Positions 25,873 through 34,850 of a stretch of 64,000 nucleotides of DNA are shown in pieces. The notes beneath the pieces were generated by a model. That model did no database searches. It saw nothing but the letters and a program-made list of their open reading frames with translations, and was not told where the DNA came from. Source of the DNA: Streptosporangiales bacterium (GTDB lineage Bacteria; Actinomycetota; Actinomycetes; Streptosporangiales; WHSR01); NCBI GenBank assembly GCA_009379995.1, contig WHSR01000006.1:41865-105864 (forward strand). Reading direction: 5' to 3'. The position numbers were made by a program, and so were the translations under genes. Numbering within the stretch: position 1 is the stretch's first letter; every line of letters starts with the position of its first letter.

Positions 25873-26853
25873 ATGACGGACATGCGCTACCGGCAGCTCG
25901 GCGACTCCGGCCTCATGGTTTCCGTGGTGGGCCTGGGGTGCAACAACTTCGGTCACCGCATCGACAAGGACCAGACCCAGGCCGTGGTCGAGGCCGCCCT
26001 GGACGAGGGCGTGACCCTGTTCGACACCTCGGACACCTACGGCAGGCCGCGCGGCTCCTCCGAGGAGCTGCTCGGCGACGTCCTCGGATCGCGCCGCGAC
26101 GACGTCATCGTCGCCACCAAGTTCGGCAACGCGACCGACGGCCTCAACGGGCCGGACTGGGGGGTACGCGGCTCCCGACGCTACATCCGCCGTGCCGTCG
26201 AAGGTTCGCTGCGCCGGCTGCGCACCGACTACATCGACCTCTACCAGATGCGCTATCCCGACCCGGTGACCCCGATCGAGGAGACCCTGGCCACGCTCGA
26301 CGACCTGGTCAGAGAGGGCAAGGTCCGATACGTGGGGTGCTCCAACTTCACCGCCTGGCAGGTCGCCGACGCCGACTGGACCGCCCGGAGCGCCGGCTAC
26401 CAGCGGTTCATCAGCGCGCAGAACAACTACAACCTCATCGAGCGGGAGGTCGAGGCCGACCTCGTACCTGCCTGCGAGCACTACGGGGTGGGCGTGCTTC
26501 CCTTCTACCCGCTGGCCAGCGGCCTGCTGACGGGCAAGTACCACCGGGGCGAGGCGCCGCCCGAGGGCTCGAGGCTGGCCGGCGCCGCGCTGAGCCGTCC
26601 CTCCCACCGTCTCACCGAGAGCAACTTCGACGGGGTCGAGCGGATCGCGGCGTACGCTAGGGAACGCGGCCTCACGCTCCTCGACGTCGCAATCGGCGGG
26701 CTGGCCGCACAGCCGGCCGTCGCGTCGGTGATCGCCGGGGCGACCAGGCCGGACCAGGTACTGGCCAACGTAGCGGCGGGGCGCTGGGAGCCGGCCGCGG
26801 AGGATCTGGCCGCGCTCGACGAGATCGCGCCGTCGCCTCGAGGGGAGCGCTGA
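25873..26853 (+). CDS. Aldo/keto reductase
   Basis: MRYRQLGDSGLMVSVVGLGCNNFG...LFDTSDTYG...DLYQMRYPD...GKVRYVGCSNF is the AKR signature. TAGGCT lies 7 nt upstream of the ATG. Confidence 0.9.
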   Translation: MTDMRYRQLGDSGLMVSVVGLGCNNFGHRIDKDQTQAVVEAALDEGVTLFDTSDTYGRPRGSSEELLGDVLGSRRDDVIVATKFGNATDGLNGPDWGVRGSRRYIRRAVEGSLRRLRTDYIDLYQMRYPDPVTPIEETLATLDDLVREGKVRYVGCSNFTAWQVADADWTARSAGYQRFISAQNNYNLIEREVEADLVPACEHYGVGVLPFYPLASGLLTGKYHRGEAPPEGSRLAGAALSRPSHRLTESNFDGVERIAAYARERGLTLLDVAIGGLAAQPAVASVIAGATRPDQVLANVAAGRWEPAAEDLAALDEIAPSPRGER

Positions 26854-26856
26854 ACG

Positions 26857-27180
26857 ATGCCGATGTTCGGGCCGCTGGAGGGTTTCCTCGGGCTGCTGTG
26901 GCTCGCCGCCCTTGGCGTCAAGGCGTGGGCCCTCGTGGACGCCGCGATCCGGCCGGCGCCGGCGTACGTGGCGGCCAACAAGCAGACCAAGCCGCTGTGG
27001 TTGGTGATCCTGGTAGCGGCCGTCGCCCTCGACCTGCTCATCAGGCAGGGATTCCTCGGCCTGTTCGCGATCGCCGGGCTGATCGCGGCGATCATCTACC
27101 TCGTCGACGTCCGGCCGAGGGTCCGGGAGGTCCAGGGCGGGCCGAGCTCCGGCTCCTCCGGCCCCTACGGTCCCTGGTGA
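26857..27180 (+). CDS. DUF2516-family small membrane protein
   Basis: FLGLLWLAALGVKAWALVDA...NKQTKPLWLVILVAAV...GLIAAIIYLVDVRP matches the DUF2516 pattern. Confidence 0.7.
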   Translation: MPMFGPLEGFLGLLWLAALGVKAWALVDAAIRPAPAYVAANKQTKPLWLVILVAAVALDLLIRQGFLGLFAIAGLIAAIIYLVDVRPRVREVQGGPSSGSSGPYGPW

Positions 27181-28040
27181 CGCAGCGAGCCGGACGCCCC
27201 TTCGGCACCCTGGGTACTCCGTTCCGGTCTGGGTTCCGGTCTGGGTTCCGGTCTGGGCTCCCGAACCTCCTCGCCGAGTCTGGGCTCGGTGAGGCCGAGA
27301 CCGTCGAGGTCGGCGACGAGCCGCGAGGCAAGGTAACGGTGTCCGTCACGGGTGGGGTGGATGCCGTCGGGCATGACGTACCTCGCCGCGTTGCCGGTCT
27401 TGTCCTTGCGGTTCCCGGTGATCCACCGCTCGGCTAGCGGGTCGATGAACGGTACGCCGGCCGTCCCCGTCGCGGACTTCATCGCGTCCCGGATGGCGGG
27501 GGCCTCGGGGCGCGGGTCCCCGCCCCACAGCGGGCCGATGACCAGGACGTGGGTGTCCGGCCAGACCCGTGAGACCTGGGCGAGCAGGGACAGGGTCGCC
27601 GCCTCGACCTTCGGCGGCTCGCGCCGCCAGTCGTTGTGCCCCCCGGCGATGATCAGCATGTCCGGGGCGGGTCGCCAGGCGAGCTGATCGATGAACAACT
27701 CGGCGAACCTCTTGCCGAGACTGCCCCCGTTCACCAGGCCGGTGCCGCTGTGGCCAGCGACGACCACCTGCCAGCCCAGCAGCCGCGCCGTCTCGGTCGC
27801 ATAGGTCTGGTGGGTGTCGACCCGCCCGCTGCCGGTGGCGTAACTCTCGCCGAGGAACATCACCACCGGCGGCCGCTGGACGGGCAGTACCGGCGAGGCC
27901 GGCGCTGGCCTCGCCGGCCGGCCTCCACCGAGACATCCGCCCAGCGACGCCGCCACCAGTGCCGCCAGGGCGCACGCGCACAGCCGGGGCTTGTGGTATC
28001 GGGTCAGCGCGGCCCCCGGAGGACGTAGGCTGCGTTCCAT
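27165..28040 (-). CDS. SGNH/GDSL-family hydrolase lipoprotein
   Basis: Lipobox ...AASLGGC. FLGESYATGSG (block I Ser), HSGTG, IIAGGHNDW and DGIHPT (block V). C-terminal EPRPEPRPEPRPE repeat. ATG at 28040 (alternative TTG at 28049). Confidence 0.75.
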   Translation of the reverse strand: MERSLRPPGAALTRYHKPRLCACALAALVAASLGGCLGGGRPARPAPASPVLPVQRPPVVMFLGESYATGSGRVDTHQTYATETARLLGWQVVVAGHSGTGLVNGGSLGKRFAELFIDQLAWRPAPDMLIIAGGHNDWRREPPKVEAATLSLLAQVSRVWPDTHVLVIGPLWGGDPRPEAPAIRDAMKSATGTAGVPFIDPLAERWITGNRKDKTGNAARYVMPDGIHPTRDGHRYLASRLVADLDGLGLTEPRLGEEVREPRPEPRPEPRPERSTQGAEGASGSLRHQGP

Positions 28041-28767
28041 GGACGGCAACGGGCGTACCCACCGACTGGAACTCCAAGACCAGACGGTGCGGGATTGGGA
28101 TGCGGTGGTCCTCGACGCAACGCCCGACGGTGTGGTGCTGGACCGGTCGGCATTTTATCCGGGCGGCGGTGGCCAGCCACCCGATCACGGAGTCCTGCTG
28201 TGGGGCGGCGTACAGACGCGTATCGTCGGCGCCAGCAAGGGCGATGAGTTCTACCTGATCCCCGTCGAGGGCGACCCGCTGCCGCCGCCCGGCACCGCCG
28301 TACGCGGCGCGATCGAGGACGAGCGGCGTACGGCGCTGATGCGTACCCACTCCGGCCTGCACGTGCTGTCCGGAGTGGTGTTCCGCGACTTCGGGGCGTT
28401 GGTGACCGGGGGGAACATGGAGCCGTACGTGGCCCGGATGGACTTCAACCTGCCGGAGGTCCCGCCCGGCTTCAAGGAGGCGGTGGAGGAGGCCTGCAAC
28501 TCGGAGGTGGCCGAGGACCGCCGCATCGACATCAAGGTGCTGCCCCGCGAGGAGGCCTTCCAGATCCCGGACATCATCCGCACCGCGCAGAACCTGATCC
28601 CACCCGAGGTCGCCGACGTCCGGATCGTCGACATCGTCGGCCTGGACACGCAGGCCGACGGGGGCACGCACGTCGCGTCGACCAAGCAGATCGGGCGTAT
28701 CCAGGTCGCCAAGATCGAGAACAAGGGCAAGGGGTTCCGCCGGCTGCGCATCCGGGTGACCGACTGA
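28039..28767 (+). CDS. AlaX-type alanyl-tRNA editing protein
   Basis: ...VVLDRSAFYPGGGGQPPDHG..., RRTALMRTHSGLHVL and DGGTHV (zinc/editing-site motifs of the tRNA_SAD family). TAGGCT lies 7 nt upstream of the ATG at 28039. Confidence 0.8.
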   Translation: MDGNGRTHRLELQDQTVRDWDAVVLDATPDGVVLDRSAFYPGGGGQPPDHGVLLWGGVQTRIVGASKGDEFYLIPVEGDPLPPPGTAVRGAIEDERRTALMRTHSGLHVLSGVVFRDFGALVTGGNMEPYVARMDFNLPEVPPGFKEAVEEACNSEVAEDRRIDIKVLPREEAFQIPDIIRTAQNLIPPEVADVRIVDIVGLDTQADGGTHVASTKQIGRIQVAKIENKGKGFRRLRIRVTD

Positions 28768-28850
28768 CGGTTCTGACGCCGAGATCTATGTTGTGGGGGC
28801 CATTTTGTCCGATTCGGACCCCCGCAACATAGATCTCGGCGTCAGAACCG
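28768..28850. repeat. Palindromic repeat family B (copy B1, extended 32-bp arms)
   Basis: CGGTTCTGACGCCGAGATCTATGTTGTGGGGG ... CCCCCGCAACATAGATCTCGGCGTCAGAACCG, 31/32 complementary, 19-nt centre. Confidence 0.9.
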
Positions 28851-30006
28851 CCCTCTCGTCGGGTCGGTGTACGAGCTCGGAGTCGATGTAGTCCCGGGCG
28901 GCCTCGAACAGGTCGACGTCCCGGCGGGACCGCTCGGAGAGGTACCAACGGTGTTCGAGCACCTCGTGGTAGATCTCCGCCGGCTCCAGCTTCCCCCGCA
29001 GCTCCGTCGGCACCATGCGCACCACCGGCTCGAACGCCTCGGTCAGCCATCGGCGTGCGACGACCGCCGCGCTCGGTGGGTCGCCGTGCGGGTACTTGGC
29101 CGCCTGGAAGCAGTCCAGGTCGGCGGCGAGGCGTCGGGCCTGGTTCTCCTGCACCGACAGCCCGGCCAGCTGCTCCATCCGCCGCCGGTTGTGCCCGGGC
29201 TCGACGACCTGCGTCCGCAGCACGAGCCGCTCGCCGGTCTCGTCGGCATGGATCTGGATCTCCCCGACGTCGTACCCGAGCTGGTTGAGCCGGCAGAGCC
29301 GCCCGTCGATGCGATACCGCTCGTCGGCCGCGAAGACCTCCTCACGGGTGAGCTCGTTCCACAGCGACTCGTAGCGCTCCCTGACGTCGAGCGCCATCTC
29401 TACCGGGTCGATCCCCGGGTCGAGCAGCTCGCCGGCGATGTTCTCGACAGCGATCTCCAGGTCGTATGCCCGCTGCCCGTCGCTCACCCCCAGGTGCAGC
29501 TCACCGGTCTCCGCGTCGACCAGGTAGGCCTCCAGCGCCCCGGCGTCGCGACGGAACAGCGTGTTGGACAGCGAGCAGTCACCCCAGTAGAAGCCGGCCA
29601 GGTGGAGGCGAACGAGCATCTCGACCAGGGCATCGAGGAGCTTGCTGGTCATCTGCGGCTCGAGCCGGTAGCAGAACAGGGCACGATAGGGCAGCGAGAA
29701 CTGCAGGTGCCGGGTGACCAGAGCCGCCTCGAGCGACTCGTCCTCCTCCCCGTCCCGCCGGTCGGTGACCACACCCACCGCCTCCACGACCGGGATGTCC
29801 CGGCGGGCGAGTCCGCGCAGCATGCGGTACTCCCGCTCGGCTATCTGCCGCGGGATCTCCTTGATCGCGTAAACCCGGCCGGCGTGCCGCGAGATGCCCC
29901 GCGGCAGCGCGACGAGACGGTCGGCCGGCCACCGCTCCAGCGGGGTCGACCACGGTAGGTCGAGGAGGTCCGGCTGCCCGGGCCCGGGCGTGAGGTGAAG
30001 CCGCAC
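28786..30006 (-). CDS. DUF4032 / Kdo-WaaP-like kinase-fold protein
   Basis: ...YAIKEIPRQIAEREYRMLRGLARRDIPVVEAVG... and GFYWGDCSLSNTLFRRD...YLVDAETGE resemble the RIO/Kdo kinase core. The last ~20 codons and the stop lie inside repeat B1. Confidence 0.7.
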   Translation of the reverse strand: MRLHLTPGPGQPDLLDLPWSTPLERWPADRLVALPRGISRHAGRVYAIKEIPRQIAEREYRMLRGLARRDIPVVEAVGVVTDRRDGEEDESLEAALVTRHLQFSLPYRALFCYRLEPQMTSKLLDALVEMLVRLHLAGFYWGDCSLSNTLFRRDAGALEAYLVDAETGELHLGVSDGQRAYDLEIAVENIAGELLDPGIDPVEMALDVRERYESLWNELTREEVFAADERYRIDGRLCRLNQLGYDVGEIQIHADETGERLVLRTQVVEPGHNRRRMEQLAGLSVQENQARRLAADLDCFQAAKYPHGDPPSAAVVARRWLTEAFEPVVRMVPTELRGKLEPAEIYHEVLEHRWYLSERSRRDVDLFEAARDYIDSELVHRPDERAVLTPRSMLRGSESDKMAPTT

Positions 30007-30086
30007 GTCCAGTTACAGCATCTTCTGCGTCGGGATGCTTCCCGTGCGGAACGGCCGGCGGGAACGGCTAAGGTGTGGTCGGACAA

Positions 30087-30159
30087 GCCGGCGTAGCTCA
30101 ACTGGCAGAGCAGGTGCCTTGTAAGCACCAGGTTGGGGGTTCGAGTCCTCTCGCCGGCT
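30087..30159 (+). tRNA. tRNA-Thr (anticodon TGT)
   Basis: Cloverleaf read by hand. Acceptor GCCGGCG/CGCCGGC; D-arm GCTC..GAGC; anticodon stem GGTGC/GCACC with loop CTTGTAA; T-loop GGGGG-TTCGAGT-CCTCT. No encoded CCA. Confidence 0.85.
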
Positions 30160-30195
30160 CTCGCCGACTCCGCGTACCGATCGGCTGGGTGCCCC

Positions 30196-30636
30196 GTGGT
30201 CGTCTGGTGGACCATCCCGAACTCCTCGATCGCCTGGGAGTGGCGGCCGGAGGACTCGATCTACGTCCCCGGCGTCCTGGTACGCGACGACGACGGAAGC
30301 TGCTCGTTCACCCCCGGCGCCGCGGCACCGCACCCGTGGCCCGAGCCGCGGCGACCCGCCGGTCAGGCCCTGGCGGAGATGACGGCGACCTTCGCGATGG
30401 AGGCCAACATCCGGCCGACCGATATGACCATCACCTGGATACGCGGCATCGCCGCGGTGAGCTGGGACCGCTGCCTCGATCGATGGCTTCGCCACGAGGC
30501 CGGCGCCCGGAGCAATCGCCGGTGCCTGCACCACGGAACGTACCTCCGCCGCGTGCCCGTCTCGCACAGCGTCGAGGAGGCCGGCGCCATCGCGCTCGAC
30601 CTCCTGGACGACGATCGGGGTCGGCGGTACACCTAG
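30196..30636 (+). CDS. Hypothetical protein
   Basis: Strong GC3 bias through the frame. The ORF-track start (30133) overlaps the tRNA, so the first GTG after the tRNA is used. No recognisable motifs. Confidence 0.4.
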   Translation: MVVWWTIPNSSIAWEWRPEDSIYVPGVLVRDDDGSCSFTPGAAAPHPWPEPRRPAGQALAEMTATFAMEANIRPTDMTITWIRGIAAVSWDRCLDRWLRHEAGARSNRRCLHHGTYLRRVPVSHSVEEAGAIALDLLDDDRGRRYT

Positions 30637-31742
30637 GGCCGGATACGGAGGACCTCGCCCTCCCCGGGCAGGGCGCTGCCCTTGTTGGAGACGTAGTACG
30701 AGCCGTCCGGGCCGACCGCGACGCCGGTGGGCGTGATCAGCCCCTCGCTGGCGATCTCCGTCCGGCTTCCGTCCTTCTCCACCCGGATCAGCGCGCCGGT
30801 CGGGTCACCCGACGTCAGGCCGTTTTTGAAGATCTCCAGCACGAGCAGCCGGCCCCGCCTGTCGAAGGCGATGTCGACGATGTTGGTGAACCCCTCGGCG
30901 TGCACGGTTGGCGGCTTGCCGGAGACTACCCGGAAGACCTTCGCCCCGCCGACGGGGAACGGAAATCCGGTGAGCTGGCCGACGTAGTAGGCACCGTCGG
31001 GACCGCGCGCCACGGTGGTCGGCACCGGCTGCATCGGTACGCCGGAGACCATCTCGACCGGGAAGACCGTCAACACGGAGATCCGGCCGCGCCTGTCGAT
31101 CCGCAGCAGGTCGTTGGCGCCGGCGTCCACGGCGAGCACCTTGGAGCCGCCCTGCGGGAGCAGGGCGTAGGGGTTGGTGTCCGGCGCAGTGCCCGGCTGG
31201 TCCTGGTCGGGGTCGTTCTCGGCCTCGTACGCGGCCAGGTCGGCGAATGTACGCCACCGGTCGGTCGCCGGGTTGACCTTGAGGATTGTTCCGACGGCGG
31301 CCCCGGCGGGGCCGAGCTCCGCCCGGCGGGCGGGATCCGTGCCGAGCCCCACGGGCACGAGCAGCGACCTTCTGTGCACCACGACGTCGTGCGGACCGAG
31401 GACCTCGCTCAGGTCCGGGGTGCCGAGCGACGGCAGGCCGGTGACGATGCGGCGCTGTTGGCCGCGGTGGACGGCGGTGACGGCGCCGGTCTGCCCCAGG
31501 CAGAATTCCTGGCCCCCGGCGCCGATGATGCACGGGCCGTCCCCGCCGCTGCCGGCCTCGGTGACGAGGAGCACCCCACCCGGCCCGAAGTTGAGGCCAC
31601 GGGGGTTGTCGAGCCCGCTGGCCACCGTCTCCACCCTGGGCGACCGCGCCACGGTCCCGGCCTCGGCCGCGGTGGCCGCGAGCGTGCCGAGCAGCAGCCC
31701 GCCTAACGCGGCGAGCGCAAGCCCGCGCCGCCTTCTCTGCAT
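30633..31742 (-). CDS. Secreted beta-propeller protein (ScyD/ScyE-like)
   Basis: Signal peptide MQRRRRGLALAALGGLLLGTLAATAAEA. Repeated ...GLDNPRGLNFGPGG..., ...ARGPDGAYYVGQL... and ...PTGVAVGPDGSYYVS... propeller blades. Confidence 0.6.
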   Translation of the reverse strand: MQRRRRGLALAALGGLLLGTLAATAAEAGTVARSPRVETVASGLDNPRGLNFGPGGVLLVTEAGSGGDGPCIIGAGGQEFCLGQTGAVTAVHRGQQRRIVTGLPSLGTPDLSEVLGPHDVVVHRRSLLVPVGLGTDPARRAELGPAGAAVGTILKVNPATDRWRTFADLAAYEAENDPDQDQPGTAPDTNPYALLPQGGSKVLAVDAGANDLLRIDRRGRISVLTVFPVEMVSGVPMQPVPTTVARGPDGAYYVGQLTGFPFPVGGAKVFRVVSGKPPTVHAEGFTNIVDIAFDRRGRLLVLEIFKNGLTSGDPTGALIRVEKDGSRTEIASEGLITPTGVAVGPDGSYYVSNKGSALPGEGEVLRIRP

Positions 31743-31922
31743 TGCCCACCTCCGAAAGAACACGTGGGCGGAAACCCGCCGGGACAATCCAAGCACGTCC
31801 TAACCGGCAGAAAGGGCCTGCTCGCCCAAAGTGCCCAAATCGGCCACCGCCGCGGGCAGGTTCGCTCCGTCGGCCGACCGGTCGCCTAGTCTCGAACGTC
31901 GGCGTGTAGAGGGGAGCAGGCG

Positions 31923-32435
31923 GTGGACGAGGAGCGGACCGACGTGCGCATCGAGGCGCGGATCGAGCCGGCCGGCGTGGCGGACGCTGGGGAGATCTTG
32001 ACCCTGCAGCGCGCTGGGTACGTCGGCGAGGCCCAGCTGTACGGCGACCCGTTCCTCCCGCCGCTGGTGGAGTCGCTGGCCCAGATACGGGCCGCCATCG
32101 AGAACACCGCGTCCGGCGGAGACATCGTGCTCAAGGCGTGCCTGCACGGGCGCGTCGTCGGCGCGGCGCGCGCCAAGCAGGTCGGCCGTACCGGCTCGGT
32201 GTTCCGGCTCGTGGTCGCGCCCGACGTTCAGGGCCGCGGCATCGGCACCGCCCTGCTGCGGGCCGTCGAGGAGGCGTTCCGCGGCCGAGTCGAGGAGCTC
32301 GTTCTGTTCACCGGAGACCGCAGCGACGGGAGCCTCCGCCTCTGCCGCCGGTTCGGGTACACCGAGATCCGCCGCGAGCGGATCGCGCCGCACCGAGGAC
32401 TGGTGCACATGCGCAAGCCGCTCGCGGACCCATAG
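31923..32435 (+). CDS. GNAT-family N-acetyltransferase
   Basis: Acetyl-CoA motif RLVVAPDVQGRGIGTALLRAVE and C-terminal RFGYTE. Confidence 0.85.
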   Translation: MDEERTDVRIEARIEPAGVADAGEILTLQRAGYVGEAQLYGDPFLPPLVESLAQIRAAIENTASGGDIVLKACLHGRVVGAARAKQVGRTGSVFRLVVAPDVQGRGIGTALLRAVEEAFRGRVEELVLFTGDRSDGSLRLCRRFGYTEIRRERIAPHRGLVHMRKPLADP

Positions 32436-32442
32436 CGCATAG

Positions 32443-32507
32443 CGCCGAGATCTATGTTATGGGTCCGTTTTGTCCTGTTTCGTACCCCCACAACATAGAT
32501 CTCGGCG
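32443..32507. repeat. Palindromic repeat family B (copy B2)
   Basis: CGCCGAGATCTATGTTATGGGT ... ACCCCCACAACATAGATCTCGGCG. Lies between convergent stops (32435 and 32523). Confidence 0.85.
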
Positions 32508-32522
32508 GGGTGTGGGTCAGCG

Positions 32523-33485
32523 TCAGCCGCCAAGGGTGGCTAGCTCCTCCGCGTCCTCGCGCTCGAAGGTCTCCTCGAGCTGCTCCGGGCTCGCGTCCAC
32601 GTCGATCTTCTCGACCGGGACGCCGCGGGCGGACTCGATCGCGTTCAGCCGCCGGCTCAGCCGGTCGGTGGCGTACCGCACGGTCAGGTCCGTGGGTATG
32701 CCGAACGGCGCGTCCGGGTAGCCGGGACGCCGGTACTCGACAAGGGCCACCACGTGCGGGGTCAGCTCCGCGATGCGCTCCTGCACGATCTGCCAGTTCG
32801 CGTCGTCGGCCGCGACGTGCCGGCGGCAGGTGAACGTACCCCAGGCCATGTGCCGGCGCTCGTCGTCGCCGATGAGCTTGATGAGCTGTCGCATGCCGGG
32901 GAAGATGCGGTGCTCGGTGCAGATGCGGTTCCAGGAGTAGTAGCCGGTGAGCGCGAGCGAGCCCTCGATGACGTGGTTGTACGTGACAGCAGCGCGCACC
33001 TGGTTGGCCGGGCTCGGGTCGGAGTCCAGCGACTGCAGCGACGCGGGCAGCTCCTGGTAGAACAGCACGCGGTAGCCCGGGTTCTCCTCGATCCACTCGT
33101 GCAGGTCGTCGCGCACCCCGAGGGTGTCCAGCCAGCGCCGGAATGCCAGGGTGTGCTTGGCCTCCTCGAAGCAGAACTGGGTGAGGTACAGCTCGTCGGC
33201 GAACCGGCCCTCGGCGGCCATCGCCCGGATGAACGGCTGGATGTCCTCGGTGACCGCCTCCTCGCCGGCGATGAACGCGGTACACAGGCCGAGCGCGGCA
33301 CCCTGCCTGATCTCGTCGAGGCCGTGCCAGTCCTCGGCGTCACGGGTGAAGTCGAGTTCGGCAGGATCCCAGAACTTCCCGTTTCCCTTCACGAACAGCC
33401 GCAACGGGAAGGAATCCCAGTTCAAGCCGCCCCGCCGGATGGAGTTGAATCCGTCCCGCGCGGGCGTACCTTGTAGCACCGACAT
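32523..33485 (-). CDS. R2-like ligand-binding oxidase (ribonucleotide reductase R2 fold)
   Basis: Internal ATG (33485). [33 protein letters not shown] and [11 protein letters not shown] are the ferritin-like metal-binding helices of R2lox proteins. Confidence 0.85.
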   Translation of the reverse strand: MSVLQGTPARDGFNSIRRGGLNWDSFPLRLFVKGNGKFWDPAELDFTRDAEDWHGLDEIRQGAALGLCTAFIAGEEAVTEDIQPFIRAMAAEGRFADELYLTQFCFEEAKHTLAFRRWLDTLGVRDDLHEWIEENPGYRVLFYQELPASLQSLDSDPSPANQVRAAVTYNHVIEGSLALTGYYSWNRICTEHRIFPGMRQLIKLIGDDERRHMAWGTFTCRRHVAADDANWQIVQERIAELTPHVVALVEYRRPGYPDAPFGIPTDLTVRYATDRLSRRLNAIESARGVPVEKIDVDASPEQLEETFEREDAEELATLGG

Positions 33486-33598
33486 CGACGCCTCCTGGAC
33501 GCTCGTGGATCCGTCGTCGCCAGCTTTACACGTCGCGCAAGTCTGTAAAAGGGCCCAGATGCGGGGATTCTCCGGCCGGGGTGGCCCTCCGATCACCC

Positions 33599-34441
33599 CT
33601 ATCGGGTGAAGGCGTCCTTGAACCGGGCCAGACGCACCTGGGCGCCCGGTGGCAGGCCGAGCCGCTGGGCCGCGTTGCCCGAGTTCACGGCGATGGCCAC
33701 GAATCCCGCGGAGTCGACGTACGCGACCAGCTCTCCGGGCGACACGGCGGCGAACGTCTCCCGGAACGGCACGGTGAGCGTGCGCCTGGCCAGGTCGACG
33801 GCGAGGGTGTCGCCGGAATTCACCCCCAGCTCGCTCAGCTGGCTGGCCCGCACGCTGAGCTGCACGTTGCCGAACCTGTCGGCGGACAGCACCTCGCCCT
33901 CCGCGTATCCGTCACGCATCCGGCTGACCGGCTCCGGCAGGCTCGTCAGGTCGTCCACCGGGATGGCCGGACCGACCTCGGCGAGGTCCAGCCCGCCGGC
34001 GAGCCGCGCCGCCACCGGCGCGAACATGTCCCGCCCGTGAAAAGTGTGCGAGACCGGGTGAATCCACAGCTCCCGAGCCTCGAGCCGATGCGAGCGGCGC
34101 GCCCCGCCCACCGCCCTGACCGCCCACGACAGCAGGCCGTTGTCCGGACCGACGAAGACGTGGTCGCCGGCCTCGACCGCGACGGCGCGCCGGGCCGTAC
34201 CCACACCGGGATCGACCACCGCCACATGCACCCCGGAGGGCAGGTACGGCACCGTCTGGGCGAGCACCGCCGCACCGCGACGGACATCGCCCGGCGGCAC
34301 CAGGTGTGTGATGTCGATGATCGGTATACCCGGAGCGAGCCGGACCATGACGCCGTGACAAGAAGCGACAAAACCGTCTTCCAGTCCATAGTCGGTCAAA
34401 AACGTGATGCACTGGCATGTGCCACCCGTCGACGTACCCAT
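33599..34441 (-). CDS. SAM hydrolase / SAM-dependent halogenase family protein (DUF62)
   Basis: [33 protein letters not shown] and [18 protein letters not shown] are the family motifs. Confidence 0.8.
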   Translation of the reverse strand: MGTSTGGTCQCITFLTDYGLEDGFVASCHGVMVRLAPGIPIIDITHLVPPGDVRRGAAVLAQTVPYLPSGVHVAVVDPGVGTARRAVAVEAGDHVFVGPDNGLLSWAVRAVGGARRSHRLEARELWIHPVSHTFHGRDMFAPVAARLAGGLDLAEVGPAIPVDDLTSLPEPVSRMRDGYAEGEVLSADRFGNVQLSVRASQLSELGVNSGDTLAVDLARRTLTVPFRETFAAVSPGELVAYVDSAGFVAIAVNSGNAAQRLGLPPGAQVRLARFKDAFTR

Positions 34442-34535
34442 GGCCCGTGAGCGTACGACGGCGCGTCGTATCAGAACACTGTCGGACGTCCCGCGTAGCA
34501 TGGCCCCGGCTAGCGAACGAAGACGAAGGGAACCG

Positions 34536-34826
34536 ATGCACGCCGCGAGCGCACCTCAGGACGCCGTCGCGCAGGGCGACCTGTCCGAGCGCGATCGGCA
34601 GATCCTTGCCTTCGAGCGTCAGTGGTGGAGGTACGCCGGCGCCAAGGAGCAGGCGATCCGCGAGCAGTTCGACGTGTCGGCGACGCGCTACTACCAGCTC
34701 CTCAACACCCTCATCGACCGCCCGGAGGCGCTTGTTCACGACCCGCTCCTGGTCAAGCGGCTACGGCGGATGCGTGCCGCCCGGCAGCGCCAGCGCGCGG
34801 CGCGCCGCCTCGGCGTCCGGACCTGA
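34536..34826 (+). CDS. DUF3263-domain protein
   Basis: LSERDRQILAFERQWWRYAGAKEQAIREQFDVSATRYYQLLNTLID. GAAGGG RBS before the ATG at 34536 (alternative ATG at 34500). Confidence 0.65.
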   Translation: MHAASAPQDAVAQGDLSERDRQILAFERQWWRYAGAKEQAIREQFDVSATRYYQLLNTLIDRPEALVHDPLLVKRLRRMRAARQRQRAARRLGVRT

Positions 34827-34850
34827 CGGACCTCCTCACCAAGGCCCGCG

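Noticed and set aside
30133-30195. ORF-track start (TTG 30133) of the hypothetical gene downstream of tRNA-Thr.
   Set aside because: It would overlap the 3' third of the tRNA gene. I moved the start to the first in-frame GTG after the tRNA (30196), and the gene itself remains low confidence.
30246-30262. Possible att-like repeat of the tRNA-Thr 3' end (TCGAGTCCTC), which would suggest an integrated element after the tRNA.
   Set aside because: It is only a 10-nt match in inverted, not direct, orientation. There is no integrase and no clear composition change, so this is compatible with chance.
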